64,000 bases of DNA from Nostoc sp. (lineage in GTDB: Bacteria; Cyanobacteriota; Cyanobacteriia; Cyanobacteriales; Nostocaceae), in the NCBI GenBank assembly GCA_036918135.1, contig JBALDB010000028.1, positions 1 to 64,000 on the forward strand, read 5' to 3'. The position numbers were made by a program, and so were the translations under genes. Below the pieces are notes generated by a model that was not told the origin of the DNA, searched no databases, and saw only the letters and a program-made list of their open reading frames with translations. How positions within the stretch are numbered: the stretch's first letter is position 1; each line of letters begins with the position of its first letter. This document shows, one piece after another, positions 1 through 10,999 of the stretch.

Positions 1-104
1 GGCGAGCGTAGCGATCGCACTTCACCTGCCCACTTAAGCAAATTCATGCCTAGCAAGCTTTTTGGGCTTTTCTATCCGTCGAACTCACGTTAAAACAAGC
101 AAGC

Positions 105-218
105 GAACATCTGATTAAAACTTATGGCAAGCAAGGAGGTTTTTTACTCACCTATGAGGAATTACACGAATTCCTCAAATACCTCCAATTTCAACGAGAC
201 CCAATAGCGTGATTTTAG
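105..218 (+). pseudogene. Degenerate 3' fragment of a conserved cyanobacterial hypothetical protein
   Basis: Frame reads EHLIKTYGKQGGFLLTYEELHEFLKYLQFQRDPIA*F*, resembling a C-terminal HLIKTYGK..LLT.EEL..FL.YLQ motif recalled from cyanobacterial proteins. No start codon; a MITE-like end (TCGAACTCACGTT, ~79-91) lies just upstream. Confidence 0.4.
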
Positions 219-264
219 GATATTTATGAGTGCTGAGTTTAAATTCTGCTCAGCACTCAGCACT

Positions 265-870
265 TTAGACTAAAGCTACCGGCCGACTACCAGCAGCGTG
301 ACGGTCAATCACTTGGTCAATCAAGCCATATTCTCTAGCTTCTTCTGGCGACATAAAAAAGTCACGTTCAGTATCTTCAGCAATCCGCTCAATAGGTTGA
401 TCGGTATGTTCGGCTAAATACTCGTTTAGCCGTCGTTTGTGATAGAGAATTTCCCGCGCCTGAATTTCAATATCAGTCGCTTGTCCTTGAGCGCCGCCTA
501 AAGGTTGATGAATCATAATTCGAGAATGAGGTAAACTCATCCGCTTACCCTTAGCACCAGCACTCAAAAGGAAAGCCCCCATACTCGCCGCTAACCCAGT
601 ACAAATAGTACAAACATCAGGGCGAATGTGTTTCATGGTATCAAAAATGCCCATGCCAGCCGTCACCGAACCACCGGGAGAATTAATATACATATAAATG
701 TCTTTCTCCGAGTCTTCAGCATCCAAATACAGCAGTTGGGCGACAATCAAGTTGGCGAGATTGTTGTCAACTTGTTGTCCCAAAAAGATGATGCGCTCAC
801 GCAACAGCCGTGAGTAGATGTCAAAGGCGCGTTCACCTCGACCCGATTGTTCAATAACGATGGGAATCAT
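265..870 (-). CDS. clpP: ATP-dependent Clp protease proteolytic subunit
   Basis: [49 protein letters not shown] (catalytic Ser), IMIHQP (catalytic His). Confidence 0.98.
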   Translation of the reverse strand: MIPIVIEQSGRGERAFDIYSRLLRERIIFLGQQVDNNLANLIVAQLLYLDAEDSEKDIYMYINSPGGSVTAGMGIFDTMKHIRPDVCTICTGLAASMGAFLLSAGAKGKRMSLPHSRIMIHQPLGGAQGQATDIEIQAREILYHKRRLNEYLAEHTDQPIERIAEDTERDFFMSPEEAREYGLIDQVIDRHAAGSRPVALV

Positions 871-1403
871 GGAAACGTGTTTATGGCTATATTAAATACA
901 TTTTATCGATGACAAAAGCAAACTGGGGTTTATCTCTCCTGTTCTCTGGCAGATTTAGACTTTTTCTGTTTTGCTTTGGCTGACAAGAGTGCAAAACATA
1001 ACTTTGCAATAGTTCTAATTTCTAAATCCGCACTTCAAACTAATTTATCAAAAATCTAATTCCAATTATTTATAAAATTAGTTGTACTCAGTCAGGGCAC
1101 TTTTTAACTGCAAAAGCTGTCTTTTGAGAATGTCCCTGTCTAGGGAAGAACAAATCAAAAACCCCGACTCTCACCAACGTCAAATCTCGGCGTTTGCTAC
1201 ACGCAATGTGGTGATGAGACTGATAACCGAAATTCGACCTGCTAGAAAAATTCTGTTTAATCAGGGAGATATTTTAAACATTTTTTCAGGATTTGTCTAA
1301 GCAGTTGTCAAATTATTTTTGCTAGATTCAGTAAATCGATAATACGAGGTGTATTTACAATAACCAGTCCTAATTAAAGCTATCCATCTAGAGAGAGCGT
1401 GCC

Positions 1404-1559
1404 ATGCTGGAAAAACTTGTACAAGCCGTCATCATCACCTTCTTGCTCCACCTGATAGCAGGACTTAGCCCAAATACAATACTTAAGACAAAAACAGCAT
1501 CACCGATGCCCGAAATCCCAATAAATATCGTTAGTTTGCTATTGCGTACTTTTCAGTAA
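1404..1559 (+). CDS. Small hypothetical protein (51 aa), hydrophobic N-terminus
   Basis: ATG at 1404 after GAGAGAG; MLEKLVQAVIITFLLHLIAGLSPNTILKTKTASPMPEIPINIVSLLLRTFQ*. Below the ORF-track cutoff. Confidence 0.5.
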   Translation: MLEKLVQAVIITFLLHLIAGLSPNTILKTKTASPMPEIPINIVSLLLRTFQ

Positions 1560-1732
1560 AAATATTTTATAAGTTGTAGAGGTGTAGGCAATATTCAACA
1601 ACATACAATGCTGCCTCATACTGAAGATATAATTCTTTTGTAGGGTTTATTTCTATATGTATATAGCAATCTAAACTAACCTCTTAGCAACAGGGTAGAC
1701 TGAGCAAAGAAGGCAACTATTTGCATTTGATT

Positions 1733-3808
1733 ATGACTAATCGCCTCGCTGAAGCTAAGAGTTTGTACCTCCGCAAACACGCCGAAAACCCGATTGACTG
1801 GTGGTCTTGGTGTGACGAAGCACTTACAACTGCAAAAGCACAAGATAAACCGATTTTTCTCTCCATTGGTTACTCTAGTTGCCACTGGTGTACTGTTATG
1901 GAAGGCGAGGCTTTTTCCGATCTAGCGATCGCTCAGTACATGAATGCCAACTTTTTGCCGATCAAGGTAGATCGAGAAGAAAGACCCGACCTCGATAGCA
2001 TCTACATGCAAGCTTTGCAGATGATGAGCGGTCAAGGTGGTTGGCCTTTAAATGTCTTTCTCTCGCCAGAGGATTTAGTGCCATTTTACGCTGGTACTTA
2101 CTTTCCTGTAGACCAACGCTATGGTCGTCCTGGCTTTTTGCAAGTGTTGCAAGCACTCCGCCGTTACTACGACACAGAAAAACAAGACTTACAGCAACGC
2201 AAAGCCCTAATTATTGAGTCGCTGCTTACGTCTGCGGTGTTGCAAGATGCGACAACCAACGAGCTAGAAGACCATGAATTACTCCGACAAGGCTGGGAAA
2301 CCAGCACAGCGATAATTACTCCTAATCAATCTGGTAATAGCTTTCCAATGATTCCCTATGCAGAATTGGCTCTGCGGGGAACTCGGTTTAATTTTGAATC
2401 TCAGTATGATGGCAAACAAGTTTGTACTCAGCGCGGACTAGACCTAGCACTGGGAGGAATTTATGACCATGTAGGTGGTGGATTTCATCGCTATACTGTT
2501 GACCCAACTTGGACAGTACCCCACTTTGAAAAGATGCTCTACGACAATGGACAGATTGTGGAATATCTGGCTTGTTTGTGGAGTGCAGGAATACAAGAGC
2601 CAGCTTTTGCAAGAGCGATCGCTGGCACCATACAATGGCTAAAACGGGAAATGACCGCCCCAGAAGGTTACTTCTATGCCGCTCAAGATGCTGATAGCTT
2701 TACTGAACCTACAGAAGTCGAGCCAGAAGAAGGAGCCTTTTACGTCTGGAGTTACAGCCAACTACAACAACTGTTAACGCCTGAAGAACTTACGGAATTA
2801 CAACAACAGTTTACGGTAACCCCTAACGGTAACTTTGAAGGTCAGAATGTTTTGCAAAGACGCCATTTAGGACAACTGAGTGCAACCCTGGAAACAGCAC
2901 TAAATAAACTTTTTACAGTCCGCTATGGAGTTAGTCCTGAGTCAATTGAGACTTTTCCTCCTGCTCGCAACAATCAGGAAGCAAAAACTAGTAACTGGCC
3001 AGGCCGCATTCCTTCGGTGACAGATACGAAAATGATTGTCGCTTGGAATAGCTTAATGATTTCTGGGTTGGCTAGAGCTGCGGGAGTGTTTCAACAACCC
3101 TCATACCTGGAATTAGCAGCACGAGCAGCGAATTTCATTTTAGATCGTCAGTTTGTTGATGGGCATTTCCATCGACTCAACTATCAAGGAGAACCAACCG
3201 TTTTAGCTCAGTCTGAAGACTACGCCTTTTTTATCAAAGCTCTGCTGGATTTACAAGCTTCTAACCCCGAACACAAGCAATGGTTAGAAAAAGCGATCGC
3301 CATCCAAGATGAATTTAATGAGTTTCTCTGGAGTGTAGAATTAGGTGGTTATTATAACGCATCCAGCGATTCTAGTCAAGATTTAATCGTGCGCGAACGC
3401 AGTTACGCGGATAATGCCACAGCGTCAGCCAATGGAGTAGCGATCGCTAACCTTGTGCGTCTGGCGTTACTCAGTGATAATCTACATTATTTAGATTTAG
3501 CCGAACTTGGTTTGAAAGCTTTTAAGAGCGTAATGCATCGCGCCCCCCAAGCTTGTCCCAGCTTGTTTACAGCCTTGGATTGGTATCGTAATTCAACTTT
3601 AATTCGCAGCACAACAGAGCAATTAAATTCTCTCGTCCCCAAGTTTCTGCCGAGTGCTGTGTTTGCTATGGTATCTGATTTACCAGAGGGAAGCGTTGGT
3701 TTAGTTTGCCAAGGTTTGAAGTGCCTTGCACCAGCAGAAAATGTAGAACGTTTGTGGCAGCAAGTCCAGCAAAGCCAGAGTCGCGGAGTAGGAAGTGTAC
3801 AAAGATGA
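1733..3808 (+). CDS. Thioredoxin domain-containing protein, YyaL/DUF255 (SPATA20-like)
   Basis: MTNRLA..SLYLRKHAENPIDWW, SIGYSSCHWCTVME, KVDREERPDLD, VPHFEKMLYDNGQ. ATG 1733 preferred over TTG 1721. Confidence 0.93.
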   Translation: MTNRLAEAKSLYLRKHAENPIDWWSWCDEALTTAKAQDKPIFLSIGYSSCHWCTVMEGEAFSDLAIAQYMNANFLPIKVDREERPDLDSIYMQALQMMSGQGGWPLNVFLSPEDLVPFYAGTYFPVDQRYGRPGFLQVLQALRRYYDTEKQDLQQRKALIIESLLTSAVLQDATTNELEDHELLRQGWETSTAIITPNQSGNSFPMIPYAELALRGTRFNFESQYDGKQVCTQRGLDLALGGIYDHVGGGFHRYTVDPTWTVPHFEKMLYDNGQIVEYLACLWSAGIQEPAFARAIAGTIQWLKREMTAPEGYFYAAQDADSFTEPTEVEPEEGAFYVWSYSQLQQLLTPEELTELQQQFTVTPNGNFEGQNVLQRRHLGQLSATLETALNKLFTVRYGVSPESIETFPPARNNQEAKTSNWPGRIPSVTDTKMIVAWNSLMISGLARAAGVFQQPSYLELAARAANFILDRQFVDGHFHRLNYQGEPTVLAQSEDYAFFIKALLDLQASNPEHKQWLEKAIAIQDEFNEFLWSVELGGYYNASSDSSQDLIVRERSYADNATASANGVAIANLVRLALLSDNLHYLDLAELGLKAFKSVMHRAPQACPSLFTALDWYRNSTLIRSTTEQLNSLVPKFLPSAVFAMVSDLPEGSVGLVCQGLKCLAPAENVERLWQQVQQSQSRGVGSVQR

Positions 3809-4469
3809 AGAAGGTAGCGGTGTTAGCTTTAGCTGCTGCAAATTAACCGCAATTGTCTTAGCTGGAGGTAAAAGTTCTCGCATGGGTCAGGATAAAGCCC
3901 TGATTCCCATTCAAGGAGTGCCGTTGTTGCAGCGGGTTTGTGGAATTGCCAAAGGTTGTGCTGATACTGTTTATATAGTCACTTCCTGGCCAGAACGCTA
4001 TCAACACTTGCTTTTGACTGGTTGCCAGTTTATTCAAGAACTAGCTTTACCTTCAACAGATGAAGAAGATACGGGGACAAAATTACTCCCTGCGTCCTCC
4101 GTCTTCCCCCACACACACGGGCCTTTAGTTGGCTTTGCTCAAGGACTATTAAAAGTCAAAACAGATTGGGTGCTACTGCTGGCTTGTGATTTGCCGAGAT
4201 TGCGGGTTGAGGTATTGCAAGAATGGGCAACTAGACTTGATAGCGTCGCAGATAATGCGATCGCAGCTTTAGCTCATCATCCCAAAGGCTGGGAACCTCT
4301 GTGTGGTTTTTATCGCCGTCGCTGTTTGCCAGAACTCTTAAATTTTATCAACCAAGGGGGGCGATCGTTTCAACAGTGGTTGCGGCAATATCCTGTGGAA
4401 GTTTTACCTTTGCCAGAACCAGATATGCTGTTTAACTGTAATACACCAGCAGATTTGGCTTTAAGTTAA
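3795..4469 (+). CDS. mobA: Molybdenum cofactor guanylyltransferase
   Basis: IVLAGGKSSRMGQDKALI, GPLVG, LLLACDLP, WEPLCGFY, FNCNTP. Confidence 0.93.
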   Translation: MYKDEEGSGVSFSCCKLTAIVLAGGKSSRMGQDKALIPIQGVPLLQRVCGIAKGCADTVYIVTSWPERYQHLLLTGCQFIQELALPSTDEEDTGTKLLPASSVFPHTHGPLVGFAQGLLKVKTDWVLLLACDLPRLRVEVLQEWATRLDSVADNAIAALAHHPKGWEPLCGFYRRRCLPELLNFINQGGRSFQQWLRQYPVEVLPLPEPDMLFNCNTPADLALS

Positions 4470-4504
4470 TTGCAGAAAACAGAATTGATAGAATTTACCA
4501 ACAA

Positions 4505-4680
4505 AGGCAGGAGTTAGGAGGCACAGGGCAGGAGATAGTAAGTATCAATTAAAACTTGAGTCACATAGGTTAGGAGATTTTGAAAACGTAAATATTAGGA
4601 ATGGTAATAGTTTTATCTCCTGCCTCCTGCCCCCTGCCTCCTGCCTTCATTCTCCTGCCTTCTGCCTCCTACCTTCTGCT
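4505..4680. repeat. Inverted arrays of AGGCAGG/CCTGCCT heptamers (STRR-type)
   Basis: AGGCAGGAG...GGGCAGGAG faces CTCCTGCCTCCTGCCCCCTGCCTCCTGCC between convergent genes. Confidence 0.7.
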
Positions 4681-4691
4681 ATATTTGCTGT

Positions 4692-6191
4692 TTACCGAGT
4701 ACGGCAGAATTTGCGATCGCTATCATTCTGAGGATACTGCCAAGAATAAGCAAAATGGCTAACTCCCTTGAGTTGGGGAGCATATTGGCGAAGTGCTTGC
4801 ATTTGCACTTCTAGTGATGGACGATTACTAACAGATTTTCCCCACTGACCAGCTAAAGCAGGAACAATCTGCGTACCCGGTTTTGCCATACTCAAAACCC
4901 GTTGCACTTGTGAGACGATGCAACTGACATTACCGCAAGCTCCGTAAGACATGGGATGCCACTCTAGTGTTGTGGGGAATCTATCCCAAGGTTGCAAACG
5001 AGAATCATAGCCTTGTCCAACAGTTTGGTTACCATCAGGGAAAAACACTACTCCTGTAGGAATACCTTGTTGCTTTGCTGGATAACTAGCAATGGTGACA
5101 AAATCTAAAATTCCTTGCATGGCGTGGGCAACAGCAAGCTGCCACAACTCCCATTGTAAAAGTGGTTGTCTATAAGTTGCAGGTTGAATTGATTTTTGGG
5201 CTGCTGGGGGAATGCGTCCTTGCCAGAGAGGTTCGCCTTCTTGAGGATAAAGTTTATCGACTTCTGTTATATCTCCAGCAGTAACAAATCCTTTACTCAA
5301 AAAGCGGCGAATTAAATCCAGCCCTTTGTAATTCTGTGCCCGTTTAAATAAAGCTTCTTGAATTGCAGGAGTATATAACCATAAATCTGAGACTTTAGTG
5401 GCGATGGAATCGCTTCCTGCTTGTCGGGGATAACGCACGTAGTCCAATAACATGCCATCTGGACGGCGGCGCAATACTTCTTGTACTAGTTGGTAATAGT
5501 CCCGTTTAGCTTGCAAGTTGTAGGGGTCGATAAATACTTGAGAGCCATTATCTACAACATATAAACTCGTTTGACCTTTGCCATTGCGAGCGATGGCTGG
5601 TTCTCTATCTCGTCGCTGAGCGTAAGTATAGCCGAAATTTGTGGTAAACATCCAGGCATAGACCTTCAAACCCCGTTGCCGACCTTTTTGAATCGCTACA
5701 GAAAGTAAATCGATGTTTTCTGCTCCTGGGGTACGAATTATAGAAGGCCAAACCGTCCGGTTAGAAGTTCTCGGCAATAATACTTGCCCATCATAAAATA
5801 CTTCTAAATAAACTTGGTTATAGCCACCGTTGACAATCCGATCCATAACGCGATCGATTATTCCTGGTTGAATATCACACGGATACAAGCGCAACCAGAT
5901 AGCTTGAATTTGCGGCCAAGTCCGAGTCCGGCACTTGCGTAATTCCTGTGCCTGTTGTTGTAATATTTTTTGATATCGAGCCTGAGCATTTTGATTGCCT
6001 TTGAAAGCTGACAAACGTAAGTTTTCTTTTTCTTGCGCCGTCGCTGATGATAACTGACAATACTGGTTTACTTGTGCCCTTGCTGGTTGGCTTGCAAAGC
6101 CAGAGAGCAAAGAACTACTACTGAAAACTACAGCGAATAGGCGTCGCCAAAATAATGTTGTTCTTGCAACGTTCAAAGGACGATTATACAT
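4692..6191 (-). CDS. Secreted GHL10-like (family 10 glycosyl hydrolase-like) protein
   Basis: Signal peptide; AIWLRL, GYNQVYLEVFYDG, GLKVYAW, DGMLLDYVRYP. The start could be 6221 or 6191. Confidence 0.75.
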   Translation of the reverse strand: MYNRPLNVARTTLFWRRLFAVVFSSSSLLSGFASQPARAQVNQYCQLSSATAQEKENLRLSAFKGNQNAQARYQKILQQQAQELRKCRTRTWPQIQAIWLRLYPCDIQPGIIDRVMDRIVNGGYNQVYLEVFYDGQVLLPRTSNRTVWPSIIRTPGAENIDLLSVAIQKGRQRGLKVYAWMFTTNFGYTYAQRRDREPAIARNGKGQTSLYVVDNGSQVFIDPYNLQAKRDYYQLVQEVLRRRPDGMLLDYVRYPRQAGSDSIATKVSDLWLYTPAIQEALFKRAQNYKGLDLIRRFLSKGFVTAGDITEVDKLYPQEGEPLWQGRIPPAAQKSIQPATYRQPLLQWELWQLAVAHAMQGILDFVTIASYPAKQQGIPTGVVFFPDGNQTVGQGYDSRLQPWDRFPTTLEWHPMSYGACGNVSCIVSQVQRVLSMAKPGTQIVPALAGQWGKSVSNRPSLEVQMQALRQYAPQLKGVSHFAYSWQYPQNDSDRKFCRTR

Positions 6192-6817
6192 ACCTGCTAG
6201 TACATGGACACAAAAAATCAACTACTCCAACTCAGATATTTTGTGAGCGGAGTGTATCAAATTATATATTTTAGTAATCAGGATTTTAAAACCTACTTTT
6301 TCAAGACTGCTAAACATCTATTTCTGTTGCCGTATTTTTTCTAAACCGATAAATACATAAATTGGAGTATAAAAGATATAAATACAAAGCAAGTTTAACC
6401 TACTATTAGATAGACTCTGCTTTTACCATAATTGATGAAAATTTGCCAAAATAAAAGGAATTTTGGAACTAAGGAGCCTATTAAGTTACACTTAAGGGAG
6501 TATCAATTAGTTTAGTATAAAATTTTAAATTTTTATTCAGACTTAGATTTAAGTTTAGAATCTAGTCAAGAGTGAAGGCAGAGTGTCTCCAGCTCCACTC
6601 AGGATTCAAAAATCAAAACTTTGGACTTGTGACTCTTAACGATCGAATAATGTAGTAGTTAAGATCGGAGGACTGGCGGCGCAACACTCGTAATAAATGA
6701 AACCAGAGGATAGGGAAAGGGAATTGGAAGTGCTAAGTTCTGAGTTAGAAGTTATTCTCCCCTTGCCTCAAGAGCCTCCCTTGCTTCCTCATCTCCCTCA
6801 TACCCTGTTGTTAAGAG

Positions 6818-7216
6818 TTAACCGCCACGGTTAAGCGCCATTTCTACCTGCTGTAACTCCTTGTCTAAACGATTTTTGAGTTTTTCGGGTACAGGACGAT
6901 TAGGGTAAGAACTGTAGTGTCCAGCTAGGGAATTGAGGGCTGTTCGCATAGTCGTAAAGGAACTAAGACCAGAAACAGAGTTAGCCCTTTGGTAGCGAGC
7001 TGAAAAGTCATTAATTTTTTGACGCACTTCTGCTTGAATTGCTGCTTTGTCTGGTGAATCTTGTGATAATTCTATGGCTTGTCTCATGATTTTGACCACA
7101 GCCAAAGTGTCTTCGCGATAATCGCCACTCAAAGTATCTGGACTGCCAGAACAGCCCATCAAGCCGATAGCTACAACCAAAACGAGCGCAAGCAGACGCG
7201 ACCAATAGCGCTTCAT
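6818..7216 (-). CDS. psb27: Photosystem II assembly lipoprotein Psb27
   Basis: Lipobox LMGC; LSGDYREDTL, SFTTMRTALNSLAGHYSSYPNRPVPEKLK. Confidence 0.96.
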   Translation of the reverse strand: MKRYWSRLLALVLVVAIGLMGCSGSPDTLSGDYREDTLAVVKIMRQAIELSQDSPDKAAIQAEVRQKINDFSARYQRANSVSGLSSFTTMRTALNSLAGHYSSYPNRPVPEKLKNRLDKELQQVEMALNRGG

Positions 7217-7378
7217 ATGCATTAACTAAAAGAATACGTAAATCAACGTCCATCGTATCTTGGATTGGTATCCTGGGGATCAATTTAGTGGGGAGATGAG
7301 GAAGATGGGAAATGGGGAAAGAAGAAATTCCAATTAGCTATTACCAATTACCAATTACCAATTACCCATGACCAATGA

Positions 7379-8524
7379 CTAATGACTAATGACTCTTTGA
7401 TAAAGAGTATCTCGTTGTTGGTAAGGTCGTCCTAAAGAAGCGATCGCACTTTGTAAGGTTTCCACTTCCATACACGTACCGCCCAAAGCACCTGCCATTG
7501 TGGTAATGTGTTCTTCCATTAAAGTGCCACCGATATCGTTGCAACCCCAAATTAAGGCTTCTGTCGCACCTGCAAGTCCCAGTTTTACCCAACTCTGCTG
7601 ATGGTTGGGAATCCAATTACCTAAGTAAATCCGGGCTACAGCCCCTAGTAGGAGTGCATCTTGCAAAACTGGTTGGTCGCGTCCAACACGGCGACGTAAA
7701 GGTTTGGGTGCTTCTTGACCAACGAAGGGTAATAAAATAAACTCTGTAATCCGTGCTGGATATCCCCGCTCGATGGCAGTTTTTTGCAGCGATCGCAGTT
7801 TTTCTAAATGCCCAATTTGCTGTTCGTGGCTTTCAATATGCCCAGATAGCATGGTACTAGTGGTATACATGCCTAATTTGTGAGCGGTACTGATAACTTC
7901 TAGCCAAGTTGCTGTATCAATCTTTTCTGGACATAATATCCGCCTGACTGTATCATCTAACACTTCTGCTGCGGTTCCTGGCATTGAACCAACACCAGCA
8001 TCTCGTAAAGCAGCAATTACATCAGCATATTCAAGTCCGTCAAGTCTGGCGATAAATTGCACTTCTTGAGGAGAGAAAGCGTGTAAATGTATCTGCGGAA
8101 ATTCCTGTTTGATAGTTTCTACTAGTTTGAGGTAGTAAGGCAAAGATTTTCCGTTGATTCGTGCTTGTAGATTTAATCCTCCCTGCATACAGATTTCTGT
8201 CGCACCTCGTTGCACTGCATCTGTGGTCTTTTCTAAAATTTGTGCCCAATCTAACCAATATGCACCTGTATCACCATCATCTCGACGAAAAGCACAAAAA
8301 CTACAATGCTGCTCGCAAATGTTAGTAAAGTTAATATTACGATTAATTACATAAGTAACTGTATCACCTGCTTGGGTATGGCGGAGTGTGTCAGATGTAG
8401 TACGTATGGCAGCGATCGCCTCTGGTTCTGTTTGTTTTAACAATAACACTCCCTCTTCGGGAGATAAATCATAACCCATCAAGGCACGCTCAAGAATTTT
8501 TTCAACAGCAATTTTTGTCAGCAT
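7379..8524 (-). CDS. cofH: FO synthase subunit CofH (radical SAM)
   Basis: [19 protein letters not shown] (CxxxCxxC), [37 protein letters not shown]. Confidence 0.93.
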   Translation of the reverse strand: MLTKIAVEKILERALMGYDLSPEEGVLLLKQTEPEAIAAIRTTSDTLRHTQAGDTVTYVINRNINFTNICEQHCSFCAFRRDDGDTGAYWLDWAQILEKTTDAVQRGATEICMQGGLNLQARINGKSLPYYLKLVETIKQEFPQIHLHAFSPQEVQFIARLDGLEYADVIAALRDAGVGSMPGTAAEVLDDTVRRILCPEKIDTATWLEVISTAHKLGMYTTSTMLSGHIESHEQQIGHLEKLRSLQKTAIERGYPARITEFILLPFVGQEAPKPLRRRVGRDQPVLQDALLLGAVARIYLGNWIPNHQQSWVKLGLAGATEALIWGCNDIGGTLMEEHITTMAGALGGTCMEVETLQSAIASLGRPYQQRDTLYQRVISH

Positions 8525-8581
8525 TATTCTTTTAATCTTCTCTGAAAATTTTCAATTTATGAACTTGCAATTAATCAAATT

Positions 8582-10528
8582 TTACTTAATAAATACACCA
8601 AGTTCTGGAGAATTCCATGCTCGAACGTAAGTTTTCTCTTGAAAATTGATTTTTTCTAATTTATTTTGTTTACTTTTTTTAGTTTCCATCGAAATAATTC
8701 CACAAGGTTCAAACTCTTGAGCAGAAGAATTTTTGGCAAAAACTGCCGAAATATTACTCACATTAATATGTTCAATTTTAACTATTTGTGGATTATTTTG
8801 CTGTAACAGTACCCATAAAGGATATTCCCAAGGGTCATTTCCCATTGATAACCCAATATTCGAGCATTTTTGAAAATTTAAAAACTCAACTGCTTCTGTA
8901 TAACTAGGTTTCAGATATGGTCGATTACTGAAATACTGCTCAATTCTACTGACTTGGAATATATTGTTACTACCTACAATTGGTCTAAAGCGATTAACAA
9001 ATACCCAGGGTAATGATGATATTAACAAAAATATTATTATAAAGATTGCAATTTTTTGCTTTTTTATTCGAGATAAGACAATACCTAAAAATGGCGAAAT
9101 TAATATAAAAAATGGTAAATGCAGCCGACTATTCCAAGCTTGCCATTTTACTAAATAGCAAAATATCAAAAATGTCGATACAGTAGCAATCAAATAATCA
9201 AAAATATAGCTTTGCCTGCGAATAGATTTTCGAGCTATAAAAATTATCATACATATTACAAAGAGTACTAGATGTACTAAATTCCCCGCACCATTTTCAT
9301 TACCTGGTATACCAATTGTTGACCAACCTCCAGGCACAAAAAATTTCTGAGAAAAAGTTATCCGAGGGTCGTTAACATCCAGCCCTATAAATGTATGAAT
9401 GATTTGAATTATTTTATTTACTATTCCATTCCATAAACCAATGGGTGTTCCTATATGTAAGGCAATATTTCTCAGAATATTAGAAATCAATACATTGATA
9501 CCCTGTATTTCATTGCTATACTCACCTGGTTCGCCAAGTGGTGAAGCGAATAAATTATAATTACGTAAATAGTGACAAATATTCAGCAATAAAGATGTAA
9601 TTGCTACTATTGATATAGGTTTCCACACTTGCCAACGTAAACGTTTAAGTTGGGATAACCCAAACCAAATTAAGAAAGGTAATACATAAAAGTAAGCAGT
9701 TCCCTTAGTGAGAATAGCTAGTCCGGCGCTGCTACCAATATTGAATGAATTCATCCAAAGGTTGCTTGTTCCGGCTTCCATAGTTGATAGGACGTAGTAA
9801 GCAAGACAAACTACCCAATATGCAATTACATAATCATTTTGAGTGCTTGAGGCTTGCAAGATTCCCATTGGAATTGTTGCAGTTATAACCGCAGAGAAAA
9901 CCTGACCTCGTAAATCTCCTCTTAGTTGTTTGGCTATTAATGAAACTGCAATCATACAGCCAATCATACTCAACCATTGAACTAAGTTAGCAAAGTAGTC
10001 AGCACCACTTAATATTTGCAAATGCAAAATTACAAACTCTGACCAAGGGTTTTGATATAGCTGTGGAGTATAACTTGTTGGATAATGAGCAACGCTATGA
10101 TTCTGTATCCAATGAGCAACACGACTCATATGATAGTCCATAGAATCCCAATTATTGGGTGGTGCAATAATTGCAATTAATCCAACCGTCACTACAACAA
10201 AACCTATGCCAGATAACAAAAATTTTATTAAGGATGGGATTTGAATATTTTTATTTAATCGAGAAGATTTATTTCGCTTTGAAGTTGGAGTTATTTGGGA
10301 ATTTACTTGGAGATATATATAAATTGAGATTATACATATTAATCCCCAAGTTACTAATACCCAGTTATAAGTAATTAATTTAAAAATACTTAAAAATTCT
10401 GTAATTATAGTCAGTAAAATTCCCCAGTAAGTAGATGCTAGGATTAGCGATTGACGCCAGTCATGAGAAATTTTATAAATTATTAAAAAAGTAGTGATTA
10501 AGGAAATAAAAGGCAAAATGATAAACAT
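8582..10528 (-). CDS. GT-C fold (GT39/PMT-like) multi-pass membrane glycosyltransferase
   Basis: Many TM segments; PPNNWDSMDYHMSRVAHW, STQND, LAILTKGT motifs. The start could be 10555 or 10528. Confidence 0.75.
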   Translation of the reverse strand: MFIILPFISLITTFLIIYKISHDWRQSLILASTYWGILLTIITEFLSIFKLITYNWVLVTWGLICIISIYIYLQVNSQITPTSKRNKSSRLNKNIQIPSLIKFLLSGIGFVVVTVGLIAIIAPPNNWDSMDYHMSRVAHWIQNHSVAHYPTSYTPQLYQNPWSEFVILHLQILSGADYFANLVQWLSMIGCMIAVSLIAKQLRGDLRGQVFSAVITATIPMGILQASSTQNDYVIAYWVVCLAYYVLSTMEAGTSNLWMNSFNIGSSAGLAILTKGTAYFYVLPFLIWFGLSQLKRLRWQVWKPISIVAITSLLLNICHYLRNYNLFASPLGEPGEYSNEIQGINVLISNILRNIALHIGTPIGLWNGIVNKIIQIIHTFIGLDVNDPRITFSQKFFVPGGWSTIGIPGNENGAGNLVHLVLFVICMIIFIARKSIRRQSYIFDYLIATVSTFLIFCYLVKWQAWNSRLHLPFFILISPFLGIVLSRIKKQKIAIFIIIFLLISSLPWVFVNRFRPIVGSNNIFQVSRIEQYFSNRPYLKPSYTEAVEFLNFQKCSNIGLSMGNDPWEYPLWVLLQQNNPQIVKIEHINVSNISAVFAKNSSAQEFEPCGIISMETKKSKQNKLEKINFQEKTYVRAWNSPELGVFIK

Positions 10529-10999
10529 CTGATTAAATAGAAATCGTCCTTCCACACTACCTTTTTGTAGTTTATATAAAAAATAGTGTGGTTTTTGTAC
10601 TACAACTATTTTGACGTATTAATGTACGTTTCTATCTAAGAAATGCTTATTTAAGCACTGATATGACTAATTTTGTCTTGGTTGCGGTGTTCGTCGATGC
10701 TGTATTAACAATCCAATGCCCATACTAATGCCGACAAAGGCAGTAAAAAGGTATCACTCTTTAATAGATAGTCGAAAACCCAATTATTGTCCGACAAACC
10801 GTATTATAAAATACATTTTTTCAAAATTTTCTTGAGAAATTTAAGATAAGTAAAACTCATAAATTAGCCAAAACGGTTAAGAGTAACTCTCGCACCATCT
10901 GTGAGTAGTAAGTGACACAACTAGTCACACTTAGGACATAAAATTGCAATGCCTCTGTCATTTAGATAGGTTTTACTAAACCTTACGTCAATGTTAATA

